The translations under genes were made by a program, and so were the position numbers. The notes beneath the pieces are model-generated. The model searched no databases. It had not been told where the DNA came from and worked only from the letters and a program-made list of their open reading frames with translations. Below are positions 51,853 to 62,445 of a stretch of DNA of 64,000 nt, piece after piece (the first letter of the stretch is position 1; the number at the start of each line of letters is the position of its first letter). Source of the DNA: Octopus vulgaris. Taxonomy: Eukaryota. The DNA lies in NCBI GenBank assembly GCA_951406725.2, contig OX597815.1, positions 133,238,001-133,302,000 of the forward strand, in the 5' to 3' direction.

Positions 51853-53711
51853 CATACAAGACATAAGTTTCATAACCTACAAAATATCCACACTACCACA
51901 CTTTAAACACACTCATTATAACTTTTTATCTCCATTTGAACGAAGGTATTTAGAATGCCCAAACTTATTTCTGCAAATGTGCTAAGCACTGATGCCAGTC
52001 ATAGTTTAATCAATAAGCATAGGAGCAAGGTAAATGCAGTAAAAATAGGGGATCAAGTATGGCCCCATTTAGGTGGCCCTTCAGAAATTGAACCTCCTTA
52101 CAATACTCCCTGTGAGTTCATGGTATGAAATTCGTTGTCATTAATCCAATATCGGTCGCCATTGCCATCTATTTAGTTTAAAATGCAATAAGAATAGGAG
52201 AGGGGTCAGTGGAGCCACAATTAGGCGACCCTTAAAAAAATAGACCCCCTTAGGACATTCCTTGGGATTAAGGATTTGAGTTACATTGTCCTCACACCAA
52301 CGGTCTAGGAGGAGTTGAACAATTTATTTAGAATAAAGCATAAAATCCTTGTGGAAAAAGGAATGTGAATAAAGAAGTTCGTAACATAATGCCTTTTTAA
52401 AAAGAGCGAAGGGTGTACGTGAAGTGATATACTTAAAGCTGAGACACGAAACTAGGACAGAAGACTCGAAAGAAAGATGTTTTCTATATAAGAAATTCTC
52501 CAAAAAACAAAGGAGATAACTATGAAACGAAACACACTAGTATTAAAGGGAAGCAACTCCAGCTATTTCATCTCCGTAATGACCACCAGAATTAACGAAG
52601 GAACTTCTATACTTCAACTTCACTAGCTAGAAATAACAGCCGATTCTCTTAACAAATACACAACTAACTAAAAAAAGGGAAATAAAGAACATATTGGATA
52701 ATATAGACCAAGATACATTATACTTGAAAAATGCTAAACTAGTTACAAATGGAACTGTCTAAATAAAGTTAGGGTCAATTTAATCAACTGACCTTTATCC
52801 CACATCAAATTTTCTGGTCTTGTGCCTAAATTAGAAATTATCATTAAGTGTAGAATAATGATAAAATAATTTGAAATTTGGAGAATGTCTTGAGACATTT
52901 TGTCCCAACACTTATCGTTTTGAGTTCAAATATCAGTCAGGTCAACTATGTCTTTCATCTTCAGCACACATCAGAGTCAATGATATTATCAAAACCTCTT
53001 CTCTCAAAATTGTAGGGTTTGTGTTGAAATTTGAAACAGTTGTCATTATTACTTACTTACTTGTACTTGTGGTGACATTCACCCTGGGTGGGTTGAGACG
53101 ACTTCTTCTACCACCCTCGAGGCATCTCGAAGAAGTTGGAAGAAGTTTCGTGGGAATATGTGGATTTCACAAGCGGTCCCCAACAGTTGTCATTATTATT
53201 GTTGCTAGGCGAAATTCTTAACGGTATTTCACCTGCCACTACATTCTGAGTTCAAATTCCGCTGAGGGTAACTTTGTCTTTCATCCTTTAGGGGTCAATA
53301 AATTGAATACCAATGAAAAGCTGGGGTTGATGTAATCAAGTAGTCCCCTCCCACAAAATTCCAAGGCCGTGTAGCCTTGAGTAGAAAGGATTATTATTGT
53401 TGCTGTCAATATTATTCTTGTTAAAGATGGTGAGCTAGCAGAAACATTAGCATGCCAGGCGAAACACTTAATGGTATTTCGTCTGTCTTTATGTTCTGAG
53501 TTCAAATTCCGCTGAGGTTGACTTTGCCTTTCATCCATTTGGGGTTGATAAATTAAGTACCAGTTGCATACTGGGGTCGATCTAATCGACTGCCCTCCCA
53601 CCTCCCCCAAAATTTCAGGCCTTTTGCCTAGAGTAGAAACGAATATTATTATTATTATTATTATTACTATTATTATTATTACTATTATTATTATTATTAT
53701 TACTATTGTTA

Positions 53712-56700
53712 TTTACTTTTAATCTGCATGTTTGATGCAATCACCTGCCGGGGCACACCCAGCGCCCTAGGGCAAGTGAAGGTTAAGAGTTGTTGAAATA
53801 TAGCTGAAAGCTTGGGGAGGGGAAGTAGAGAAATATCTCCATGTAATACAAACACAAACATTTACATTGATAGGGTTTTTCTAAGGATGTGGGCAGTACT
53901 TGTTAGCACAATCTTTTGGATTTCCTTGAGACATGGTTTTCCAGGGATATTGTCTAGGTGTTTCTGACATCCCTTTTTTATCATACCTAGGGCACCTACA
54001 ATAACAGGAACAGTTTTTGTTTTAAGATTCCACATCCTCTGTATTTCGATTTCCAGGTCCTTATATTTACTAAGTTTGTCAAATTCCTTGACAGATACAT
54101 TTTTATCAGTGGGGACGCTTACTTCTATTAGTCTGCAGGTATTTTCTTCCCTGTCTTTAACAATTATGTCTGGTCGATTAGCCTTGATCGTTCTGTCAGT
54201 GTTGACTGGAAAATCCCAGAGGATGGTGACATCTTTACCTTCAACAACTGGCTGAGGATGGTGTTCATACCAGTTAGCAGGAGTGTCGGATTTGTAGTGT
54301 TTACATATCTTCCAATGTATATACTGTCCTACCCTATCGTGGCGATTTTTGTATTCGTTTGGTGTCAGCACAGGACATCCCGAAACGAGATGGTCTATTG
54401 TTTCGTCAAATGTGTCACAGAATCTGCATTTAGGGTCAGTACCGTTTCGGAGAACGTTAGCCTGGTAATTTCTGGTAAACAAGCTTTGATCTTGTGCTGC
54501 CATTATGAAGCCTTCAGTCTCTGCTTTCAATCCAGAACTCTTCAGCCACTGATGGGTTGTTGCTTGGTCTACATCAGCATTTTGGCTTCGGAGAATGTAT
54601 TGTCCATGCAGGGGCTTCTGGCTCCACCGCCTCTCAATTTGATTCTGCCCATTCTTTTTTGCAGTCTGCCTGATTCGCTTTGCTTGCTTGGTAGCAGTGG
54701 TTTCTGGCTCTTCACCTGATTCAAGGTTAATGCCTAGTTCCCTTTCGAACTTATAAGCTTCCTTGACAATAGAATGCAGCTTTTTGCTGCTTTCGTGTTC
54801 ACACACAAGTCGCAGCATCCAGTCGTTTGTACTAGATAGGTACCTGTTCATTCCTACAGTAGAGGTCTTATAGCACAGCTCCAATTGCATCATTCCTCTC
54901 CCCCCGCTGCTTCTAGGTAGGTACAAGCGGTCTACATCTGCCTTAGGGTGGTGCATGCTCCTGGATGTCAGTAACTTTCTTGTCTTCCTGTCCAAGCGTT
55001 GGAGTTCCGTAAGGTTCCAGTTAATGATGTTAAAACTGTACTGGACTACTGGAAGTGCCAGGGTGTTAATGGCCTCAATGCAATTTTTGGAGTTGAGTTC
55101 AGTCTTCAGTACAAGCCTTATTCTCCTATAGTACTCCTTTCTTATTTTTTCCTTCATAGTAGCATGATGTATACCATCTCCTTCGTTGATTCCTAGGTAT
55201 TTGTAGCTTTCTTGTGGGTCAAGTTCCTTGATGGTAGTGTCAATATCTAATTTAACAGAAGCTGTTTGCCTGAGCTTGCCTCTTACAAAAGTTGCTTTAG
55301 CACACTTATCAAGGCCAAAATCCATTCCGATATCATTGCTAAACTCTTTAACAGTTGTTAGCAGCCCTTCTAGCTCTTGGTCATTCTTGGCAAACAGCTT
55401 TAGATCGTCCATATAAAAAAGGTGGTTTATTAACTTGCTAAAAACTTTGTACCCATATCTGGCACTATCCAATTCGTTTGAGAGTGGGATCAGTGCCATG
55501 CAAAAAAGTAATGGAGAGAGGGAGTCACCTTGAAAGATGCCTCGTTTGATGTTGATGCTGTTGGACTGGCTCATCCCATTACTATGGCTTAGAAAGAGAC
55601 GTGTGTTCCACATGGTCATGCTATTCTCTAAGAATTTTGAGACGACAGGGGAGATCTTGTATATCTCAAGGGCCTTGAGTATCCATTTATGTGGGACACT
55701 GTCATACGCTTTCCTGTAGTCTATCCATGCCATACTCAGGTTTTTGTTTTTGCTCCGGCAATTCTCTACAATCATTCTGTTTATGAGCAATTGGTCTTTG
55801 CACCCATAAGAGTTTCTTTTACAACCTTTTTGAGCTTGTGGAAGGATAGAATTTTGTTCAAGGAAAGCGTACATTCTCTCCGTTATTATGGATGTGAGGA
55901 TTTTGTAGGTGGTGTTGAGACATGTTATTGGCCGGTAATTCTTTGGGTTTTTTGTGTCTTCGGTTTTAGGTAATAGGTAGGTGGTTCCTTCAGTCAGCCA
56001 AGCAGGTATTTGCTCTGGGTTCTGAATGACATCAGACAGAGATGCAGCGAGATGTTCGTGTACCTCTGTCAAACAATTCAGCCAGAAGTTAGGGATCCGA
56101 TCCAGTCCTGGGGTTTTCCATTTATGAGCCTTCCTAAGGACACACCTTAGCTCCTCTATTCCTATTGCTTCCCATTTCTGTTCTTCAAGTTCATCCAGTC
56201 TCTCTTTCTCACGTTCTATCCAGTCAGCCTCAGCATTAAACTCTTTTTCGTTGCTCCATACCTTCTTCCAGAACTCCTCCACTTCCTCAATCTTAGGTGG
56301 ATCTTCTATGTGTATTTTATTTTTGCCAATTTCCCTATAAAATTTCTTTGCATCTGTCTTAAAAAATTTATTTTGTCGATAAAATTTGTTTCTTTTGTCA
56401 TACCTTCTAAGCCGTTGAGCTTTCAACTGTATCCGTTGTTTCAACAGTTCCTTAGTTGCAGGGAGGTTTATGAGATCTTTGATTTTATATTTTTGCTTGA
56501 TTTTTCTAGCTTTTCTCGGCTTAATATTCACTCCTCTAGCAAGCTCATCGAGAACTGAAACATCCGCCCGCAGAGATTCAATCTCTTTTTGTATCGCTAC
56601 TTTCCACTTAGGAGGTTCATTGACATGCCTGGCCTTTTTCTTTGTCATCTTAATACCTAGTTGGGTAGTTACTACTTTAGCAGTGGAATAAATGAGATTA

Positions 56701-58292
56701 TTTAAGGTTGTCAAATCATTCCCCTTATTTCTTAAGATCTGTCCTAGGGCAACGTTATATGTCATGATTGTGTTGTTATTTCTTGTGCCATTTGAAAACT
56801 TTGGTAGTGGTTCTCTATTAACCATGTCAGTGAGCTCAATCTTGCCGAGTTCTCTCATAATGTCCACTTTTGCTTCCATAATCTTTTCTCTATTATTCAC
56901 CTCAAATTCTATGTCATATCTATTTTGGTTTTCTTGAGGAAGGTCTACGTTCTCCTCTTTTTTCAAATCTCTCGTCTTCGCTATTCTTTGTTTAACTTCC
57001 CCATTGGGAAGTTGATTTGCCGCTTGTACACTGGCTTCTGTGCTACTATTACCTATTTCGTCTACATTGTTGCTGTTTTCTTTTGGTCTACCATGAGCTA
57101 TTAGTGTCCTAATTTTGTCAATTTCAGCGTCAGTTAGTCTTTTGTTTTTAATTATATCTCTGCGTACATTACTTAATTTATTTGCGTCTATATATCTACG
57201 TACGTCATTGCCTACTGAATTTCTCCATGAGATGTATGTTTGTACACTGAGGTTATTGTTTGGGTTTAGTTGGGCTGTATAAAAAGCTTTCAACACATCT
57301 CTATAGTCCTCTCTGGTCCATTTTATACGTTTTGCTTTAGGTGGTGTTTTTGGTGGTGTCACTACAAGTCCAGAGTTAGAAGTATTCTGGTTCTGGTCAC
57401 CTGGTAGATCGTCTTTTTGAGAGTTTGTTCCAGCAGCAAACTTTTCGACCCCAGTCTGGTTCCCTACTGGGTAACGCGGTCCTTGTTGTCCCGGGCGATG
57501 ACCGATCCGGCATGATTTTTGGCTTGTTTTCATTAAATGATTGACGGCGACATCAGAGGGGTCAATTTTTTCAGAGTCAACTTTTTGACAAGACGCCGCT
57601 TCTGTGACGGTGACAGGGTCAATTTTTTGACAAAACACCGCTTCTGAATTCTCCGAATTAATATATTGTTCATATCGAACTCGCATAAGACTTACAGATC
57701 GAAATTCGCCTCTATTTCTTTTGGTAGTCATGTTTCCGGGCATAACTGTGTAGTGACTTTCTAAATTCAGTGACCAATTTTCTCTTTTTTGCGTTTGTTC
57801 GTGAAAAATCGCTTTGTTTTTGTTTTGTTTTCGTCCGCGTAACGTGGTTTTTCTTTCTGTGTGTACGTGTGAGCGCGTGTATGCATTATTTATGCTTTAT
57901 AATTAAAATGTGTACATGTATGCACAAACAGTTGCATGTATACTTTATAATTAAAATGTGTACGTGTATGCATAAACAGTTGCATGTATACTTATTTAAT
58001 TAATTAATTAATTAATCAATTTATGTACTTACTGTCTTTCAAGAGCTCTGATGTTCGCTTCTATTTCTTATGCATGTCACATGGAAATATTGTGCATAAA
58101 AGAAAGAAAACCATACTATATATGGCAATAATAGTTCGGACTTTTTAGTTACTTTGCCTTAAAAGAAAATTTGGAAAAGATATTTTGTGGAACCTTTCTT
58201 CCATTGTAACGATGTTGTTGGATTAAATTCGTTTTTTGGAGAGAGGCTCCCAGGGAACATCCATGTTGTTATTCCGGAACATCCATGTTGTT
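53712..58292 (-). mobile_element. Full-length R4/Dong-clade non-LTR retrotransposon in a TAA microsatellite
   Basis: Single intact ORF with ~550 bp 5' and ~150 bp 3' untranslated regions. (TAT)n arrays lie at 53644-53711 and 58291-58397. Confidence 0.9.
53862..57743 (-). CDS. Reverse transcriptase with C-terminal CCHC finger and restriction-like endonuclease (R4/Dong)
   Basis: 1293 aa with no stops. Motifs KTPGLDRI, YRPITCL, IDYRKAYDSVPH, GIFQGDSLSP, YMDDLKL, YKYLG, CRFC..ETIDHLVSGC, RHD and RPDII..IEVSVP..KLSKY. Confidence 0.95.
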   Translation of the reverse strand: MPGNMTTKRNRGEFRSVSLMRVRYEQYINSENSEAVFCQKIDPVTVTEAASCQKVDSEKIDPSDVAVNHLMKTSQKSCRIGHRPGQQGPRYPVGNQTGVEKFAAGTNSQKDDLPGDQNQNTSNSGLVVTPPKTPPKAKRIKWTREDYRDVLKAFYTAQLNPNNNLSVQTYISWRNSVGNDVRRYIDANKLSNVRRDIIKNKRLTDAEIDKIRTLIAHGRPKENSNNVDEIGNSSTEASVQAANQLPNGEVKQRIAKTRDLKKEENVDLPQENQNRYDIEFEVNNREKIMEAKVDIMRELGKIELTDMVNREPLPKFSNGTRNNNTIMTYNVALGQILRNKGNDLTTLNNLIYSTAKVVTTQLGIKMTKKKARHVNEPPKWKVAIQKEIESLRADVSVLDELARGVNIKPRKARKIKQKYKIKDLINLPATKELLKQRIQLKAQRLRRYDKRNKFYRQNKFFKTDAKKFYREIGKNKIHIEDPPKIEEVEEFWKKVWSNEKEFNAEADWIEREKERLDELEEQKWEAIGIEELRCVLRKAHKWKTPGLDRIPNFWLNCLTEVHEHLAASLSDVIQNPEQIPAWLTEGTTYLLPKTEDTKNPKNYRPITCLNTTYKILTSIITERMYAFLEQNSILPQAQKGCKRNSYGCKDQLLINRMIVENCRSKNKNLSMAWIDYRKAYDSVPHKWILKALEIYKISPVVSKFLENSMTMWNTRLFLSHSNGMSQSNSINIKRGIFQGDSLSPLLFCMALIPLSNELDSARYGYKVFSKLINHLFYMDDLKLFAKNDQELEGLLTTVKEFSNDIGMDFGLDKCAKATFVRGKLRQTASVKLDIDTTIKELDPQESYKYLGINEGDGIHHATMKEKIRKEYYRRIRLVLKTELNSKNCIEAINTLALPVVQYSFNIINWNLTELQRLDRKTRKLLTSRSMHHPKADVDRLYLPRSSGGRGMMQLELCYKTSTVGMNRYLSSTNDWMLRLVCEHESSKKLHSIVKEAYKFERELGINLESGEEPETTATKQAKRIRQTAKKNGQNQIERRWSQKPLHGQYILRSQNADVDQATTHQWLKSSGLKAETEGFIMAAQDQSLFTRNYQANVLRNGTDPKCRFCDTFDETIDHLVSGCPVLTPNEYKNRHDRVGQYIHWKICKHYKSDTPANWYEHHPQPVVEGKDVTILWDFPVNTDRTIKANRPDIIVKDREENTCRLIEVSVPTDKNVSVKEFDKLSKYKDLEIEIQRMWNLKTKTVPVIVGALGMIKKGCQKHLDNIPGKPCLKEIQKIVLTSTAHILRKTLSM

Positions 58293-58397
58293 ATTATTAT
58301 TATTATTACTATTATTATTATTACTATTATTATTATTATTACTATTATTATTATTATTATTATTATCATTATTATCATTATTATTACTATTATTATT

Positions 58398-58628
58398 TAT
58401 GGGTTTTTCTTCTTTCAAATTTGCTTCCATTTCTTGCCGAGTGTTTTCCCGACTCCTAGGGCAAAGAAACTCATAGTATACATTGGTAGACCATTAAACT
58501 AAACTCACTAGTTCGTTCATTTTTTTTTTGATAGAAATAAAGTTAACTTAAAATACATGGGTAGTAATAGTTCTCACATCGACAATGCTCTTCTCAATAC
58601 GTGTGATGTACCAGTTAAGACAATCTTT
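58398..58628 (-). mobile_element. R4/Dong-type 3' tip, another family
   Basis: Minus strand encodes KIVLTGTSHVLRRALSM* plus a 3' UTR. Flanked by (TAT)n. Confidence 0.75.
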
Positions 58629-58666
58629 ATTATTATTATTATTACTATTATTATTATTATTATTAC

Positions 58667-58699
<33 letters not shown>

Positions 58700-59117
58700 G
58701 GTGGCAAGTGGGCAGAATCACTACCATGCCAAGCAAAATGCTTAGCGGCATTTCATTCATCTTCACATTCTAAGTTTTCTAAGTTCAAATTCCATCAAGG
58801 TTAGCTTGCTTTTCGTCCTTTCAAGATCGATAACTTGAGTACCAGTGAAACACTGGGGTTGATGTAATTGACTAAGCTACTTCTTTGAAACACAAAATTG
58901 CTGGCCTTGTGCCAAAAATTGAAACCAGTATTTTGCAACATAAGCACATCATCTCCATCATCATCACTTTTTAACATCCACCTTTCCTATTGGGCATGGG
59001 CAGGATGGTTGAACAAGGATCCGACAGCTCGAAAAACTGTAATGCTCCCATGTCTGCTTCAGCACAGTCTCTATGGCTTGATGTACTTCCTAATGCCAAC
59101 CACTTTATAGAATATAC

Positions 59118-59418
59118 TACAAGGGTGAGTCAAAATGAATGCCATTTTGTTTAGGACAGCTATAATTACCAACACTGGAACATGTATCATACATCAAAAT
59201 GAAGTTGGTCCTCTGTGGATCACATCCCTACTTCTCAACATAGTCACCGTTTCTCTCAATAGCAATGTTCCACCTTCGAATGAGAGCATGTATCCCTGCC
59301 CCATAAAATTCTGATGACTGTTCTTTGAGCCACTTCTTCACTACAGTTTCACTTCCTTGTCACTGGAATAATGTTTGCTTCTCAAACCCTCTTTCATGGG
59401 GCCAAAGAGATGATAGTC
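59118..59418 (-). mobile_element. Mariner transposase C-terminal fragment with right end
   Basis: Minus strand reads DYHLFGPMKEGLR..VKKWLKEQSSEFYGAGIHALIRRWNIAIERNGDYVEK*. TA-CAAGGGTGAGTCAAAA is TIR-like. Confidence 0.75.
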
Positions 59419-59684
59419 CAGCAGCAGCGACTGCGGCGGTGGCGGCGGCGACCCTTTTTTGCTATAAGCACAAGGTCTGAAATTTGAGGGGTGGGGGCTT
59501 GTAAATTATATCAACCCCAGAGGTCCACTGGTACTTATTTCATCAACCCCCAAAAGGATGAAAAGCAAAGTCGACCTTGGCGGAATTTGAACTAAGAATG
59601 TAAAGACAGACAAAATGCCGCTAAGCATTTTGTCCATCACGCTAATGAGTCTGCCAGCTCACCACCACAATGATGATGATGATG

Positions 59685-59746
<62 letters not shown>

Positions 59747-60652
59747 GATGATGGCTTCTGATTTATTAGACAAATCAAATACAAAAAAAAAATTAATCAT
59801 TCAAACCAAAACCCAAAAGTCCCTAACAAATGCTCAACACATAAAGCAAACTTAAAGAATGAATTACTTCCACCAGCATTCACTACATCCATCCGTGCCC
59901 TTCCAACCCAATCCAATCTTTACAGTTGTCACTTGTGTTCCCTCCCTTCACCCATCCCCATCTCTCACTCTCCACACACGCTAGTAACCTGCACCCACCA
60001 CAACACACCTGGTTCTTCTGATACCCCGCAACCCCTGCTACTGATTTCATACCTTGAGGGTCCACCTTGACACCTCCTCACCCTCAACATCACTACTTTT
60101 ATCTCTTTCCAGCCCTACCCGATCACATCCACCCTGCCTTCCAGAATATGCACAGTTCATGTAGCTTCTGTACAACAAAAAAACCTGTTCTGTGCTGGTC
60201 CCTACTTTCCTACTTTAATTGCATCATCTCTAAGTGTAAATCTTCCTCATCAGGGTTTGATGTCTTGCAAGTAGCATGACAACCTCAACAGTGCTGGTGG
60301 CACGAAAAAATACACTCAATACATGCTGTAAAGTGGTTAGCATTAGGGAAAGACATCCAACTACAGAGACCCTACCAAAGCAAGCATTTGAGCTTGATGC
60401 CGTTCCTTGGATCCACTGAATTCTGTCAAACCATCCAGTGCATACCATGATGAAACAGGGACATTAAACAATAATGATGGTGATGCTAATGATGGTGATG
60501 CTGATGAAGGCGGCAGCGGCGGCGGTGGTGGTGGTGGTTGTGGTGATGGGAGGCATTTAATGAAATTGTCACATAAAACATTTTAGAAAAGATAAGAAAA
60601 CTAAAGATATTAATGGTTGAATATTTTATAATCTAGTTTAAGAAATATTAAA

Positions 60653-60820
60653 TTACATATAAAGAACATCACATATTACTAACTTTTCCAACATACTTCC
60701 GATAAGTGTCTGGTTTCGATAGAATGAAGCTGAAGTGGAACCAGACAGCATAAATCCATCGTTGGAAAATACCTCTTTCATTGATTTTATCAACCCATTT
60801 TCTACTTCAAGCTTTAAAAC
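60653..60820 (-). CDS. PON: Terminal coding exon of a paraoxonase/arylesterase-like gene
   Basis: A pyrimidine tract and CAG acceptor (60822-60821) precede VLKLEVENGLIKSMKEVFSNDGFMLSGSTSASFYRNQTLIGSMLEKLVICDVLYM*. This parallels the PON C-terminus as recalled (VLRIQ..[36 protein letters not shown]). No upstream exons were found in the window. Confidence 0.7.
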   Translation of the reverse strand, partial: VLKLEVENGLIKSMKEVFSNDGFMLSGSTSASFYRNQTLIGSMLEKLVICDVLYM

Positions 60821-60892
60821 CTGTGCAATTAAAGAAAACATGAATAAATGAATACCTCAGAATACTAAACAAAATTAATAGGCATAAACATG

Positions 60893-61820
60893 GAGAATGC
60901 AATAAGATAGGTGGAGGCCTGAATGCAATAAGATAGAGAGAGGCTTGAATGCAATATGACAGATAGAGGCTTGAATGTAATAAGATAGATAGAGGCTTGA
61001 ATGCAATAAGATAGATAGAGGCTTGAATGCGATAAGATAGAGAGAGGCTTGAATGCAATAAGATAGATAGAGGCCTAAATGCAATAAGATAGAGGCTTGA
61101 ATGCAATATGATAGATAGAGACCTGAATGCAATAAGATAGATAGAGGCTTGAATGCAATAAAATAGACAGAGGCTTGAATGCAATAAGTTAGATAGAGGC
61201 CTAAATGCAATAAGATAGAGGCCTGAATGCAATAGGTTAGATAGAGGCCTGAATGAAATAAGATAGATAGAGGCTTGAATGCAATAAAATAGACAGAGGC
61301 TTAAATGCAATAAGATAAATAGAGGCCTAAATGCAATAAGAGGCCTGAATGCAATAGGTTAGATAGAGGCCTGAATGAAATAAGATAGATAGAGGCTTGA
61401 ATGCAATATGATAGATAGAGGTTAGAATGTAATGAGATAGATAGAGGCCTGAATGCAATAGGTTAGATAGAGGCTTGAATGCAATAAGATAGATAGAGGT
61501 TAGAATGTAATAAGATAGACAGAGGCCTGAATGCAATTAGATAGATAGAGGCTTGAATGCAATTAGATAGACAGAGGCTTGAATGCAATAAAATAGACAG
61601 AGGCTTGAATGCAATAAGATAGATAGAGGCTTGAATGCAATAAAATAGACAGAGGCTTGAATGCAATAAGATAGATAGAGGCTTGAATGCAATATGATAG
61701 ATAGAGGCCTGAATGCAATAAGATAGATAGAGGCTTGAATGCAATAAGATAGACAGAGGCTTGAATGCAATAAAATAGATAGAGGTTTGAATGCAATAAA
61801 ATAGATAGAGGCTTGAATAA
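60893..61820. repeat. 26-bp minisatellite (GAGGCTTGAATGCAATAAGATAGATA), ~35 copies with 22-bp variants
   Basis: Read directly from the sequence. It lies in the intron just upstream of the PON-like exon. Confidence 0.95.
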
Positions 61821-62300
61821 TGTTGTAGATGCACATATGCAGATATAGAAAAACAGTCATATGCACATGAAACATAATTTAATAGGCATAAACGTAGAGA
61901 ATGCAATAACAATGATATTGGTTTCAAATTTTAGCACAAGGCCAGATATTTTAGGGAAGCGAATAACTTGATTACACTGACCGCCAGCACTCAACTGGTA
62001 TTCATTTTATCAACCCTGAAAGGATGAATGGCCAAGTCAACCTTGGTAGAATTTGAACTCAGAATGCAAGGCCAGATGAAATGCCACTATGCATTTTGCA
62101 GCGTGCTAACAATTCAGCCAGTTCACCAAATATATTAATGGGTTGTTAACCTCAGCATTAGTCTGCATGGTTGACAAAAGACTTACACCCCAGTTCATAA
62201 TTAACCCTTTCATTACAATATTTCTGTTGAAATGCACTGCCTTTGTTTTAATTAGTTTTGGAAATAATGAAGAATTTAGTAAAATAACATTTTAGTTAAT

Positions 62301-62445
62301 AAAGTTTATATGCCAACAGAATGTGGCAGTCCTATACAGGATGATGTTACTGTTGTTTTAGCCCCAGGAAAAAATAAAACAACAAAAATACAATAGTAAC
62401 GTCGTCCTTTATAGGACTGCCATATTCTGTTGGCGTATAAACTTT
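62301..62445. repeat. 56-bp-arm inverted repeat
   Basis: 62301-62356 matches the reverse complement of 62390-62445 with 6 mismatches. Confidence 0.9.

Noticed and set aside
54258-56937. Plus-strand ORFs overlapping the Dong element
   Set aside because: Antisense shadows of the long RT ORF.
57744-58292. HDV-like ribozyme expected at an R2/R4 5' end
   Set aside because: The nested double pseudoknot could not be identified by eye. A descriptor search is needed.
60195-60256. Minus-strand CTGATGAG...GAAA
   Set aside because: No stem II, stem III or UH triplet can be formed.
60807-61927. Several repetitive ORFs (IQASIYLIAF...)
   Set aside because: These are translations of the 26-bp minisatellite.
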